NCBI GenBank assembly: GCA_026129305.1
Contig: JAHCII010000010.1
Location: forward strand, 7,277 to 71,276
Source of the DNA: Anaerolineales bacterium
GTDB taxonomy: Bacteria; Chloroflexota; Anaerolineae; Anaerolineales; UBA11579
Direction of reading: 5' to 3'
DNA length: 64,000 nt
Part shown: in pieces, positions 8,477 to 17,428 of the stretch
Numbering within the stretch: the first letter of the stretch is position 1
How the letters are laid out: each line of letters begins with the position of its first letter
Notes under the pieces: generated by a model
Told to the model about the DNA's origin: nothing
Seen by the model: the letters and a program-made list of their open reading frames with translations, nothing else
Databases searched by the model: none
Made by a program: the position numbers and the translations under genes

Positions 8477-9349
8477 TTATTTGGTAATCAGCAGTGTCCA
8501 GTTGACGTAGGCAGCCGCGCCCGAATCTAACAAAATCGTGATGTTGTGATTGGTACTGACGTTGGTAAAAAACGCCGTCCAAGTGTTATTACACGCCGGG
8601 GTGCCGCCATTGGTGCTGATCGCGGTCACCTTGACATTGGCCACGCCCTGCCCGGTACAGGTCAGCGTAAAGCGCAATTCGCCCGAGGTAGTATTGCTGT
8701 CAAAGCCAGACACGTTCACGACCACTCGGTCCTGAGCATCCCCTTCGGGGTAGGAAATCTCACCGGTGTGGGTGCTGCTCTGGTTCTTGATGTTGGCGCT
8801 GACTGAGATATTGCTGTCGGCTGGCGCCACTTGGGCTCCGCCGGCGTTGCCCCCAGCATCGTTGCCACCGCCCGCATTACCACCACCGCCACCCGCATTG
8901 CCGCCCCCGCCGCCAGCGGCCGGAGCGCTGGTGCTGGTCGGCTGGGCAGCCTGCCCACCGCCTGTCGGCGGCGGGGGAGCCTGCACTACCGGAACGTCCG
9001 CAGGCACTTCTCCTTCAGTGAAAGGTGCAGAAATCCAGCCAGTTGCACCGTTGTAGACCACCTGCAGCCAGGAACCGCTGCTGTTCTTGCCGATCACTTC
9101 GACCGTGGCATTCCCAGGCACGATCGTGACGACGCCATAGGCAGTACCATCGCCAGCACGCAGATTGACGTCCTGAATCGTGCGCACCTCAACGGTGCTG
9201 TCTGTTTCAACGGGCTCTTCAACAATTTCGGGGGTGGCAGTCACTACAACGATGATCGTTTCGGGTGTCGCCTCAACTGCGGCCCCACCACAGGCCGCCA
9301 GCAATAGCGCGACCAGTACCAATAACGTGCTCTTGAATTTGTATGTCAA
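8477..9349 (-). CDS. lipoprotein with bacterial SH3 domain and Gly/Asn-rich linker
   Basis: 290-aa ORF with a TTG start and a GGAGGA Shine-Dalgarno sequence. Lipobox LLAAC-GG. SH3b-like VNLRAGDGTAYGVVTIVPGNATVEVIGKNSSGSWLQVVYNGATGWI. Confidence 0.8.
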   Translation of the reverse strand: MTYKFKSTLLVLVALLLAACGGAAVEATPETIIVVVTATPEIVEEPVETDSTVEVRTIQDVNLRAGDGTAYGVVTIVPGNATVEVIGKNSSGSWLQVVYNGATGWISAPFTEGEVPADVPVVQAPPPPTGGGQAAQPTSTSAPAAGGGGGNAGGGGGNAGGGNDAGGNAGGAQVAPADSNISVSANIKNQSSTHTGEISYPEGDAQDRVVVNVSGFDSNTTSGELRFTLTCTGQGVANVKVTAISTNGGTPACNNTWTAFFTNVSTNHNITILLDSGAAAYVNWTLLITK

Positions 9350-9440
9350 GATAATCCTCCAATTCGATCGGCTGATTATAAGGGCAATCAGCTGCAGAAC
9401 TGGAGGTTTTGATAGATTTGCCTATGTGCGAATGGAGATG

Positions 9441-9554
9441 CTAGAGGCTAAGCACCGCCCCCAACACCATGGCGATGATGACCAGGACGGCGATCACTGA
9501 AAACACCATCTGGCTGAAGCTCATTTTCTGTTTCTGCTTGTCTTTTTTGCTCAT
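9441..9554 (-). CDS. possible 37-aa small membrane protein
   Basis: Not in the ORF track because it is under 60 aa. Sequence MSKKDKQKQKMSFSQMVFSVIAVLVIIAMVLGAVLSL: a Lys-rich N-terminus plus one TM segment. Lies 28 nt downstream of uvrC with no clear Shine-Dalgarno sequence. Confidence 0.35.
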   Translation of the reverse strand: MSKKDKQKQKMSFSQMVFSVIAVLVIIAMVLGAVLSL

Positions 9555-9582
9555 GTCGACAGTTTAACCCAAGACTTGCCAG

Positions 9583-11442
9583 TTACTCAAGATGCGCTTT
9601 GAGCTGTTCCGCCAAAGCCCGCGTGACGCCTTCCACCGCAGTCAACTGCTCCAGGCTGGCGGCGCGCATCGCCTCGATCGAACCGAAAGCCTTGAACAAG
9701 GCCCGGCGGCGCTTGGGGCCGATGCCGGGCACTTCATCCAGTCGCGAGGCCACGCCGCTCTTGCTGCGGCGGGCGCGGTGCGCGGTGATCGCGAAGCGGT
9801 GCGCTTCATCGCGAATGCGCTGCAGCAGGAACAAACCCTGTGAATTGCGCGGCAGCAGGATGCCCTGTTCGCGCCCTGGCAGGAAGATCTCTTCACTTTG
9901 CTTGGCCAGCGCGGCCACCGGCACCCGTTCCAACAACCCGAATTCGTCCAAGACGGCCACGGCGCGCCCCAGCTGGCCCTTGCCGCCGTCCACGATCAGC
10001 AGGTCCGGCAGGCCGCCGAAGGCCGGGTCCGGTTTGGCGCCCGGCAAGGCGGCGTCCTGCTGGGCGGCCCCCCAGCGACGGAAGCGCCGGGTGAGCACCT
10101 CCTGCATGCTGGCGAAGTCGTCCGGCCCCTGCACGCTCTTGATATTGAAGCGCCGGTACAGACGGTTGCTGGCCACGCCGCGCTCGAAGACCACCATGCT
10201 GCCCACCGCCGCTGTGCCCTGCGTGTTGGAGATGTCGTAGCACTCAATGCGCTCGGGCGCCCGCGGCAGTTCCAGCGCATCATGGATCTCGGTCAGCGCT
10301 TCGGTCTGGCGGTGGGCGTCCGCCTTCCACTGGGTTTGCAGTGCATTCAGCGTCTCGCTGGCATTCTCGGCCGCCATGCGGATCAGGTCCCGCTTTTGGC
10401 CGCGGCGCGGCACTTTGATCTCCACGCCGCCATTGCCGCGCTGCTTGCTCAGCCACTGGCGGATCACCTGGGCTTCTTCCACTTCGTGCGGCAGCAGCAC
10501 CTCTTCCGGCACACTGGCCGCCTGGTCGTAGAACTGCTTGATGAATTCGGCCAGCACGTCCGCGTCGGGGGTTTCGGCGGTGTTCTCCATCATGAAGTAT
10601 TCGCGGCCGATCAGCTTGCCGTTGCGGATGAAGAAGACCTGCACACAGGCTTCGCGCTCGGAGCGCGCCATGGCGATCACATCTGAGTCGGCGTAGTCGT
10701 TCGACACCACGCGCTGGCGCTCGACGATGGTGCGGATCGCCTCCAGCTGGTCGCGCAGCCCCGCGGCTTTTTCGAAGCGCAGTTCATCCGAAGCCTGGGC
10801 CATCTCGGTCTGCAGCCGCTGCACGACCGGCTCAGTGCGCCCGTTCAGGAAATCGCACAAATCGCTGATCATCTGGCGGTAATCGGCTTGATCGATCTTG
10901 CCAATGCAGGGAGCATTGCACAGCTTGATGTCGTAGTACAGGCAGGCGCGCTCGTCCTGGCCGGTGATCTCGCGGTCGCAAGTCAGATAGGGGAAGATGC
11001 GGCGCAGCACATCCAGCGTTTTGTGAACGGCCCACACACTGGTGTACGGCCCAAAATAGCGTGAGCCGTCGGCCTGCATGTTGCGGGTCACAGTGACCTT
11101 GGGGAACGCGTCCGCCAGGTGCACTTTGATGTAGGGGTAACGCTTATCGTCCTTGAGCCGCACGTTATAGCGCGGCTTGTGTTTCTTGATCAGGTTCATT
11201 TCCAGGATCAAGGCTTCCAGTTCGGAAGCGACGATGATCCATTCTATGTCCCGAATGTGGTTGACCAGCACCCGCGTTTTGTTGTCCTGCTGGGCGGCGC
11301 TGTGGAAATACGAACGCACCCGGCTGCGCAGGTTGATCGCTTTACCCACATAGATCACCTTGCCGTCTGCGTCCTTCATCAGGTAGCAGCCGGCTTTGTT
11401 GGGCAAAGTCTTGAGCTGGACTTGAATTTCGGGCAAGGTCAT
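9583..11442 (-). CDS. uvrC: excinuclease ABC subunit C
   Basis: 619-aa ORF with a GIY-YIG N-terminus (GCYLMKDADGKVIYVGKAINLRSRV), a UvrBC-binding region, an RNase H-like domain and a C-terminal HhH. Confidence 0.95.
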   Translation of the reverse strand: MTLPEIQVQLKTLPNKAGCYLMKDADGKVIYVGKAINLRSRVRSYFHSAAQQDNKTRVLVNHIRDIEWIIVASELEALILEMNLIKKHKPRYNVRLKDDKRYPYIKVHLADAFPKVTVTRNMQADGSRYFGPYTSVWAVHKTLDVLRRIFPYLTCDREITGQDERACLYYDIKLCNAPCIGKIDQADYRQMISDLCDFLNGRTEPVVQRLQTEMAQASDELRFEKAAGLRDQLEAIRTIVERQRVVSNDYADSDVIAMARSEREACVQVFFIRNGKLIGREYFMMENTAETPDADVLAEFIKQFYDQAASVPEEVLLPHEVEEAQVIRQWLSKQRGNGGVEIKVPRRGQKRDLIRMAAENASETLNALQTQWKADAHRQTEALTEIHDALELPRAPERIECYDISNTQGTAAVGSMVVFERGVASNRLYRRFNIKSVQGPDDFASMQEVLTRRFRRWGAAQQDAALPGAKPDPAFGGLPDLLIVDGGKGQLGRAVAVLDEFGLLERVPVAALAKQSEEIFLPGREQGILLPRNSQGLFLLQRIRDEAHRFAITAHRARRSKSGVASRLDEVPGIGPKRRRALFKAFGSIEAMRAASLEQLTAVEGVTRALAEQLKAHLE

Positions 11443-11539
11443 CGCACAGATATTCTATCGAGAAATGGGTTTTTTATTGGCCCATGTTGGCATAGTACAA
11501 TTTTCAAACTAGAAGCTATCTCATAAAAATGGCATGGCG

Positions 11540-11568
11540 GTAGGGGCGGGTCTGAGACCCGCCCACTA
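11540..11568. repeat. REP-like palindrome, loop-variant subfamily (slightly degenerate right arm)
   Basis: GTAGGGGCGGGTCTGAGACCCGCCCACTA. Confidence 0.7.
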
Positions 11569-11587
11569 TTGGCTATTTGGCCTCTAG

Positions 11588-11615
11588 GTTGGGACGGTCT
11601 GAGACCGTCCCCTAC
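11588..11615. repeat. REP-like palindrome, loop-variant subfamily
   Basis: GTTGGGACGGTCTGAGACCGTCCCCTAC. Forms a doublet with the copy at 11540. Confidence 0.7.
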
Positions 11616-11630
11616 AGTGCCGCTTGATTT

Positions 11631-11828
11631 ATGAGACAACTTCCAGTACACATCATGAGAAGCTTGAAACAAACTCGCTTGGACAAAGACGGCAGGATTG
11701 CTGTTCCTGCCAAAGTACGCAAAGCAGTAAAGAAGGCGCAGCAACTTGTAAGAAAATATAACCCGGAAGGCCGTTCCTTGACGGAAGAATTAATTCAAGC
11801 GAGGCGGAAAGAAGCCCAGAGTGAGTGA
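11631..11828 (+). CDS. possible AbrB/SpoVT-type antitoxin-like DNA-binding protein (orphan)
   Basis: 65-aa ORF, visibly lower GC than its neighbours. DKDGRIAVPAKVRKAV resembles the AbrB/SpoVT looped-hinge motif. C-terminal SLTEELIQARRKEA. The start is uncertain (ATG 11631 or 11655). Confidence 0.4.
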   Translation: MRQLPVHIMRSLKQTRLDKDGRIAVPAKVRKAVKKAQQLVRKYNPEGRSLTEELIQARRKEAQSE

Positions 11829-12309
11829 AACACAACTTGAAACCTTGATCGGCGACAAACTGCGCGAGCGCGGTTTGCGCCTGGGCCTGGCCGAGTCCTG
11901 CACCGGCGGTTTGGTGGGCCACCGCTTGACCAATGTGGCTGGTTCATCCACCTACTACATGGGCAGCGTGACCGCCTATGCCTATGAAGCCAAAGTGCGC
12001 CTGCTGGGCGTCAGCTGGACCACGCTGGAGCAGCACGGCGCGGTCAGCGCCGAAACCGTGACCGAGATGGCGCTGGGCTGCCGCCGGGCGCTGGCCGCCG
12101 ATATCGGCATCGCCATCAGCGGCATTGCCGGCCCGGGCGGCGGCACACTGGAAAAGCCGGTGGGCTTGGTGTGGATGGCGCTCAGCGCCGCCGACGAGGT
12201 CTGGACCCGCAAGTTCAACTTTGATGGCGACCGTCTGGCAGTCAAAGAGCAAGCCGCCGAAGCGGCCCTGGCTCTGGGAATCGAGTATTTGGAAAAACTG
12301 GCTCAATAG
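11821..12309 (+). CDS. cinA: CinA C-terminal-domain protein (nicotinamide-nucleotide amidohydrolase PncC-like)
   Basis: 162-aa ORF with a GTG start. Motif LGLAESCTGGLVGHRLTNVAGSSTYYMGSVTAYAYEAK. Confidence 0.85.
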   Translation: MSETQLETLIGDKLRERGLRLGLAESCTGGLVGHRLTNVAGSSTYYMGSVTAYAYEAKVRLLGVSWTTLEQHGAVSAETVTEMALGCRRALAADIGIAISGIAGPGGGTLEKPVGLVWMALSAADEVWTRKFNFDGDRLAVKEQAAEAALALGIEYLEKLAQ

Positions 12310-12419
12310 CTAGCTGGTCACTCGCAAATCCATAATTCCGACTTCACAACCCGAACGTACTTTTTAGCTTTGGGGATCAGTCGTTGAAGTGTCGGAGCCC
12401 ATCCCGATAATGCGTCTCT

Positions 12420-12539
12420 TGTCATTGCGAGCCCGTTATCGCGGGCGAAGCAATCTCAGCAGGCATACCATAGGAAGGCTGGCAAAACGAGATTGCTTCG
12501 GTCGGCTGCATTGACATGCAGCCTTCCCTCGCAATGACA
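12420..12539. repeat. 120-nt nested inverted-repeat element (four-way-junction fold)
   Basis: Outer 12-bp stem TGTCATTGCGAG/CTCGCAATGACA. It encloses three hairpins: GCCCG/CGGGC, GAAGCAATCTC/GAGATTGCTTC and GGCTGCAT/ATGCAGCC. Confidence 0.7.
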
Positions 12540-12567
12540 GGCGCCCCAATCACTAATCTCCAAATCG

Positions 12568-13038
12568 CTATCCTCTAATCCCCACCACCTTCGCCCGCGT
12601 CAGCGCCACCAGATCCTGCGGGCTCATCGAAATGTTCAGCCCGCGCTGCCCGCCCGAAAGATAAATCGTATCAAAGTCCAAGGCTGACTGGTCCAGCACC
12701 GTATCAAAGCCCTTGCCGATCAGCGCCAATGGCGAAATGCCGCCGGTCTGCAGGCCGGTCAGCTGCTCGGCCTGCGCCAGACTGGCCAGTTGCAGCTTGG
12801 CGTCCAGCGCCCGGCCCAGCGCCTTCAGCGAGAGCTGGGCCGGCGCGGGCACCAGGGCCAGCACCGCTTTGCCGCCGCTGGTCCGCACCGCCACCATGGT
12901 CTTGAACATCTGCTCCGCTGGCACGCCGAGATAGGCTGCTGCCTCCTCGCCACCCAGCTTCTCAGCGGGCAATTCGTGGGCGACAAAGGCCACTTTCTTG
13001 GCGGCCAGCATGCGGGTGACGTTGTTGGTAGGGGGCAT
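12568..13038 (-). CDS. ybaK: Cys-tRNA(Pro)/Cys-tRNA(Cys) deacylase YbaK
   Basis: 156-aa ORF with a YbaK/EbsC-like sequence (TRMLAAKKVAF..HE.., GGISPLAL). TATAAT lies 8 nt upstream of the ATG. Confidence 0.85.
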   Translation of the reverse strand: MPPTNNVTRMLAAKKVAFVAHELPAEKLGGEEAAAYLGVPAEQMFKTMVAVRTSGGKAVLALVPAPAQLSLKALGRALDAKLQLASLAQAEQLTGLQTGGISPLALIGKGFDTVLDQSALDFDTIYLSGGQRGLNISMSPQDLVALTRAKVVGIRG

Positions 13039-13292
13039 GGGACGAGATTATACGTGACTCATTAACTTCAATTCTGTGTCTTTCTGAGCTGGCTTGCAGC
13101 CACGCTGCAAGCCTCGCGAAGAAGTTTCGTGGCGCTTGAAGAAAAGGAATGCTGGCTGAAACACAACGTTCATCGGCGAGCATGTTCATACAACTAACAC
13201 AATAAAAGCCCTTCGCTAAGGCAACTACGTTGCCAGCTCAGGGCGACACGAGCCTACTCCAATTGACCAATCTCCATTCTCTAAAACTCCAA

Positions 13293-15341
13293 TCACTCCT
13301 CCCCATCCAACCCGGCGATCACGCGCATGCGCTCCCAAGGCTTAAGGTTGCCCTCCTCGGCCAGCAACGTACGCATCTGGTAGAGCTGGTCGCGCAGCAA
13401 AGCCGCCTGCTCGAACTGCAAGTTTTTGGCCGCCTCGCGCATCTGGGCATCCAGCGTGCGGATCGCGCCCTCCAGCTCGCGGCGCGGCATGCGCCGCGCT
13501 TTTTCGCCGTCGTACTCCGCCCCCTCTTCGGCCACCGCCGTGCGCTTGAGCTGGTCGGTCAGGTCGCGCACCGCCTTAACGATGCCCACCGGCTCAATAC
13601 CGTGGGCCAGATTGTAGGCCGTCTGCTTCTCGCGGCGGCGGTTGGTCTCCTGGATGGCGTAGCGCATCGCATCGGTCATCTTGTTGGCGTACATGATCAC
13701 CCGGCCGCGCACATGCCGCGCCGCCCGGCCAATCGTCTGGATCAATGAAGTCTCGGAGCGCAGAAAGCCCTGCTTGTCGGCGTCCAGAATGGCCACCAGC
13801 GAAACTTCGGGCAGGTCCAAGCCTTCGCGCAGCAGGTTGATGCCCACGATCACGTCGTACATGCCCAGACGCAGGTCACGCAGGATGCTGATGCGGTCCA
13901 GCGTGTCCACCTCGGAATGCAAATACTGCACTTTGATGCCCATCTCTTGCAGATACTCGGTCAGGTCCTCGGCCATGCGCTTGGTCAGCGTGGTCACCAG
14001 CACCCGCTCGCCTACAGAGACGCGCTTGCTGATCTCGCCGATCAGGTCATCCACCTGGCCTTCGATCGGCCGCACTTCCACCTCGGGGTCCACCAGCCCG
14101 GTAGGCCGGATGATCTGCTCCACCACCTGCGCGGCGCGACGCATCTCATAGTCTGCCGGCGTGGCCGAAGTGTAGATGATGGTGCCCAGGCGGTTCTCAA
14201 ATTCGTCAAAGGTCAGCGGGCGATTGTCCACCGCCGAGGGCAGGCGGAAGCCATACTCCACCAGCACTTCCTTGCGCGCCCGGTCGCCGTTGTACATGCC
14301 GCCCACCTGCGGGATGGTCATATGCGATTCATCGATGACCATCAGGAAGTCGGCGGGGAAATAGTCGATCAGCGTCCAGGGCGGCGTGCCTGGGGCGCGC
14401 TGGTCCATGTGACGCGAATAGTTCTCGATGCCGGTGCAGTAGCCCACCTGGCGCAGCATCTCCAGGTCGTAGCGCGTGCGCTGCTCGATGCGCTGAGCCT
14501 CAAGCAGCTTGTCATTGGCCTTCAGATAGGCGATCTGCTCTTCCAGCTCCTGCTCAATGCCCATGATCGCCGCGGCCAGCTTGTCCTCGTCGGTGATGAA
14601 ATGCCGCGCCGGATAGATGGCGATGGTGTCCATCTCACGGGCGATCTCGCCGGTCACGGTGTGAATCTCCGCAATGCGCTCGACCTCATCGCCAAAGAAG
14701 GTGATGCGGTAGGCCAGCTTGTCTTGGTAAGCCGGCACCACCTCCAGCGTATCGCCGCGCACCCGGAACACGCCGGGGCCGAGGTCGGTGTCCTTGCGCT
14801 CATAATGGATGTCCACCAGCTGGCGCAGCAGCGTCTCGCGGCGGTAGGGTTTACCGCTGTCCAGGTTGATCACCACCCGGCCATACGCTTCCGGATTGCC
14901 CAGGCCATAGATGCACGAGACCGAAGCCACGATGATCACGTCCGAGCGCGACATCAGCGAAGTCGTCGCCGCCAGGCGCAGACGCTCGATCTCTTCATTG
15001 ATATCAGTCTCTTTTTCTATATAAAGGTCGCTGCGCGGCACATAGGCTTCCGGCTGGTAATAGTCGTAATACGAAGTGAAGAACTCCACCGCATTGTCAG
15101 GGAAGAATTCTTTGAACTCCGCGTAGAGCTGCGCCACCAGGGTCTTGTTGTGCGCCAGCACCAGGGTCGGCTTTTGCATCTGCTGGATCACATTGGCGAT
15201 CGTATAGGTCTTGCCCGTGCCGGTGGCGCCCAGCAGCACTTGCTCCTTTTCCCCGCGGCGAATGCCTTCGACCAATTGGCGAATGGCCTCCGGCTGGTCG
15301 CCAGTGGGCTGAAAAGGGGCATGCAGATTGAAGCCGACCAT
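13293..15341 (-). CDS. uvrB: excinuclease ABC subunit B
   Basis: 682-aa ORF with Walker A GATGTGKT, helicase motifs and a C-terminal UVR domain. Confidence 0.97.
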   Translation of the reverse strand: MVGFNLHAPFQPTGDQPEAIRQLVEGIRRGEKEQVLLGATGTGKTYTIANVIQQMQKPTLVLAHNKTLVAQLYAEFKEFFPDNAVEFFTSYYDYYQPEAYVPRSDLYIEKETDINEEIERLRLAATTSLMSRSDVIIVASVSCIYGLGNPEAYGRVVINLDSGKPYRRETLLRQLVDIHYERKDTDLGPGVFRVRGDTLEVVPAYQDKLAYRITFFGDEVERIAEIHTVTGEIAREMDTIAIYPARHFITDEDKLAAAIMGIEQELEEQIAYLKANDKLLEAQRIEQRTRYDLEMLRQVGYCTGIENYSRHMDQRAPGTPPWTLIDYFPADFLMVIDESHMTIPQVGGMYNGDRARKEVLVEYGFRLPSAVDNRPLTFDEFENRLGTIIYTSATPADYEMRRAAQVVEQIIRPTGLVDPEVEVRPIEGQVDDLIGEISKRVSVGERVLVTTLTKRMAEDLTEYLQEMGIKVQYLHSEVDTLDRISILRDLRLGMYDVIVGINLLREGLDLPEVSLVAILDADKQGFLRSETSLIQTIGRAARHVRGRVIMYANKMTDAMRYAIQETNRRREKQTAYNLAHGIEPVGIVKAVRDLTDQLKRTAVAEEGAEYDGEKARRMPRRELEGAIRTLDAQMREAAKNLQFEQAALLRDQLYQMRTLLAEEGNLKPWERMRVIAGLDGEE

Positions 15342-15349
15342 AGTGCAAG

Positions 15350-15355
15350 ATTATA
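15350..15355 (-). promoter_or_regulatory. -10 box (TATAAT) of uvrB, 8 nt from the ATG
   Basis: The minus strand reads TATAAT-cttgcact-ATG. Confidence 0.55.
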
Positions 15356-15368
15356 GAACAAAAGTTTC
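15356..15368. promoter_or_regulatory. LexA (Cheo-like) box GAACAAAAGTTTC abutting the uvrB -10
   Basis: Matches GAAC-N4-GTTYC. Lies immediately upstream of the uvrB -10 hexamer. Confidence 0.55.
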
Positions 15369-15414
15369 GCAACGAAAAGAGCGGCTTTTGCCAGCGCTGG
15401 CGGCAGCCCACTCA

Positions 15415-15444
15415 TTGACGCATTTGCAGCCCAAAAGGTATAAT
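15415..15444 (+). promoter_or_regulatory. sigma70-type promoter of secG
   Basis: TTGACG, 18-nt spacer, TATAAT. A 32-nt leader carries GGTGA before ATG 15477. Confidence 0.65.
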
Positions 15445-15476
15445 CCGGCGACTTAACTCGAAAGATTGGTGACCTG

Positions 15477-15707
15477 ATGCAAGCATCCCTTTTGAATATC
15501 GCAATGATCCTCCTCTCAATCGCTCTGGTAGCCAGCATTGTGGTGCAGAGCAAGGGCGCGGGCCTGGGCGGCCTGACCGGCGGTGACATGGGTGGCGGCT
15601 CCTTTACCGCTCGCCGCGGCATCGAAAAGACGCTGTTCCGCGTCACCATTCTGCTCAGCATTCTGTTCTTCGCCCTGGCGCTGTACACGGTATACGTCAC
15701 CGGCTAA
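15477..15707 (+). CDS. secG: preprotein translocase subunit SecG
   Basis: 76-aa ORF with two TM segments flanking a Gly-rich loop (SKGAGLGGLTGGDMGGGSF). Confidence 0.9.
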   Translation: MQASLLNIAMILLSIALVASIVVQSKGAGLGGLTGGDMGGGSFTARRGIEKTLFRVTILLSILFFALALYTVYVTG

Positions 15708-15722
15708 TCTGCTTCTCTTCAA

Positions 15723-17426
15723 ATGAGTAAACTGCGCTGGCAGGTCATGCTTGTCGCGGTGGCTGTGCTGGCCATCGCCGTTCTGTTGCTGACCCAACAG
15801 CCTTTGCTGAACGCCTTTAGCGCCGCCCCGGCGCAGGGCGGCATCTATATTGAGGGCCTGGTCGGCAGCCTCGGCCGCCTCAACCCCCTGCTGGATGACG
15901 ACAACGCCGTCGATCAGGACGTGAACCGCCTGATCTTCAGCGGCCTGGTGCGCTTCGACGACCGCGGCAACCCGCAGCCTGATCTGGCAGAAATTTGGGG
16001 CATCTCCCTGGACGGCCTGCAATACAACCTCAAACTGCGCGAGGGCCTGCAGTGGCATGACGGCCAGCCGCTGACCACGGCGGACATTGCCTTCACCGTG
16101 GAGCTGATGCGCAACCCCGCCCTGCCCATTCCCGAAGATGTGCGCGCCCTCTGGCAGAGCGTGGAAGTCAACGTCTTCGACGCCCTTAACATCCAGTTCC
16201 TGCTGCCGGCGCCCTTTGCCCCTTTTATGGACAGCCTCAGCTTCGGCGTGCTGCCCCAGCACCTTCTGGGCGAGATGGACCCGGCCGCCCTGCTCAATGC
16301 GCCCTTCAACCTGGAGCCGGTAGGTTCCGGCCCCTACCGCTTTGCCGAACGCCTGACCGAAGACGGCACCCTGACCGGCCTGGTCTTGCGGGCCTGGGAC
16401 GGTTACTACACCGGGCGGCCCTTTATTGATGAGATCACCTTCGAGTACTTCGAGAGTTCTGCGGCGGCCCTGCAAGCCTACCAGAACGGCGATATCCTCG
16501 GCATCAGCTATATAGACAACCAAACCCTGCCCAACGTATTGAATGAGCCCACGCTGAACCTGTACACCGGCCGCCTGCCGCGGCTGGGCCTGCTGCTGCT
16601 CAACCTGGACAATTCCTCGGTGCCTTTCTTCCAGGAAGTCGAAGTGCGCCAGGCCCTGCTCAGCGGCATCAACCGCCAGCAGATCATAGACCAACACTTG
16701 CTGGGCCAGGCCTTCATCGCCGACGGGCCGGTGCTGCCCGGCAGTTGGGCTTACAACGAGAATGTCCCCTCCCTGCCGTTCGACACCCAGGCCGCCACGA
16801 ACACCCTGCGCCAGGCGGGCTACGCCATTCCCGCTGAAGGCGGGAATGTGCGCGTGCGCGACGGGCTGGCCCTCGAGTTTGAGCTGCTGCATCCCGATAT
16901 TGAGCCCTACCCTAGCATCGCCGAGAGCATCCGCCAGGACCTTAGCGCGCTGGGCGTGATCGTCACCCTGCGCGGCCTGCCCTACGAGACGCTGGTCAGC
17001 GACTACCTCGACCCACGCACCTACCAGGCCGCCCTGGTGGACCTCAACCTGGCCAATTCGCCCGACCCAGACCCCTACCCGTTCTGGCACCAGTCCGGCA
17101 TCACCGGCGGGCAGAACTATTCCAAATGGGACGACCGCCGCGCCAGCGAATACTTAGAGCAGGCGCGCGTCTCCATCAGCCAGAACCAGCGCCAGCGTTT
17201 GTACCGCAACTTCCAAACCCACTTCGGTTTTGAACTGCCCGCGCTGCCGCTCTACTTCCCCGTCTACAGCTACGCCATCTCCAGCCAAGTGCGCGGTGTG
17301 TCGATTGGCCCCATCTACCAGTCCAGCGATCGCTTCGCCAACATCCATGAATGGTTCCTGGTCACGCGCAGCGCCGCCGAAGAGCTGGACGCGCCGCTGG
17401 AAGTCACCCCTCAGACGGAAAATTAG
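15723..17426 (+). CDS. ABC transporter substrate-binding protein, family 5 (peptide/nickel), orphan
   Basis: 567-aa ORF with an N-terminal TM anchor. Family-5 signature region GLVRFDDRGNPQPDLAEIWGISLDGLQYNLKLREGLQWHDGQPLTTADIAF. Confidence 0.85.
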   Translation: MSKLRWQVMLVAVAVLAIAVLLLTQQPLLNAFSAAPAQGGIYIEGLVGSLGRLNPLLDDDNAVDQDVNRLIFSGLVRFDDRGNPQPDLAEIWGISLDGLQYNLKLREGLQWHDGQPLTTADIAFTVELMRNPALPIPEDVRALWQSVEVNVFDALNIQFLLPAPFAPFMDSLSFGVLPQHLLGEMDPAALLNAPFNLEPVGSGPYRFAERLTEDGTLTGLVLRAWDGYYTGRPFIDEITFEYFESSAAALQAYQNGDILGISYIDNQTLPNVLNEPTLNLYTGRLPRLGLLLLNLDNSSVPFFQEVEVRQALLSGINRQQIIDQHLLGQAFIADGPVLPGSWAYNENVPSLPFDTQAATNTLRQAGYAIPAEGGNVRVRDGLALEFELLHPDIEPYPSIAESIRQDLSALGVIVTLRGLPYETLVSDYLDPRTYQAALVDLNLANSPDPDPYPFWHQSGITGGQNYSKWDDRRASEYLEQARVSISQNQRQRLYRNFQTHFGFELPALPLYFPVYSYAISSQVRGVSIGPIYQSSDRFANIHEWFLVTRSAAEELDAPLEVTPQTEN

Positions 17427-17428
17427 CC

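Noticed and set aside
11502-11516. 12-nt word CAAACTAGAAGC shared by the uvrC upstream region and the SLT/radC intergenic region (19939-19950); considered as a common operator
   Set aside because: It is not palindromic. My rough estimate is that exact 12-mer repeats are expected by chance many times in 64 kb, and no third copy was seen.
12962-13189. 75-aa minus-strand ORF in the uvrB-ybaK spacer
   Set aside because: It overlaps the ybaK 5' end, has no Shine-Dalgarno sequence or promoter and has odd composition. The spacer is better described by the inverted-repeat element.
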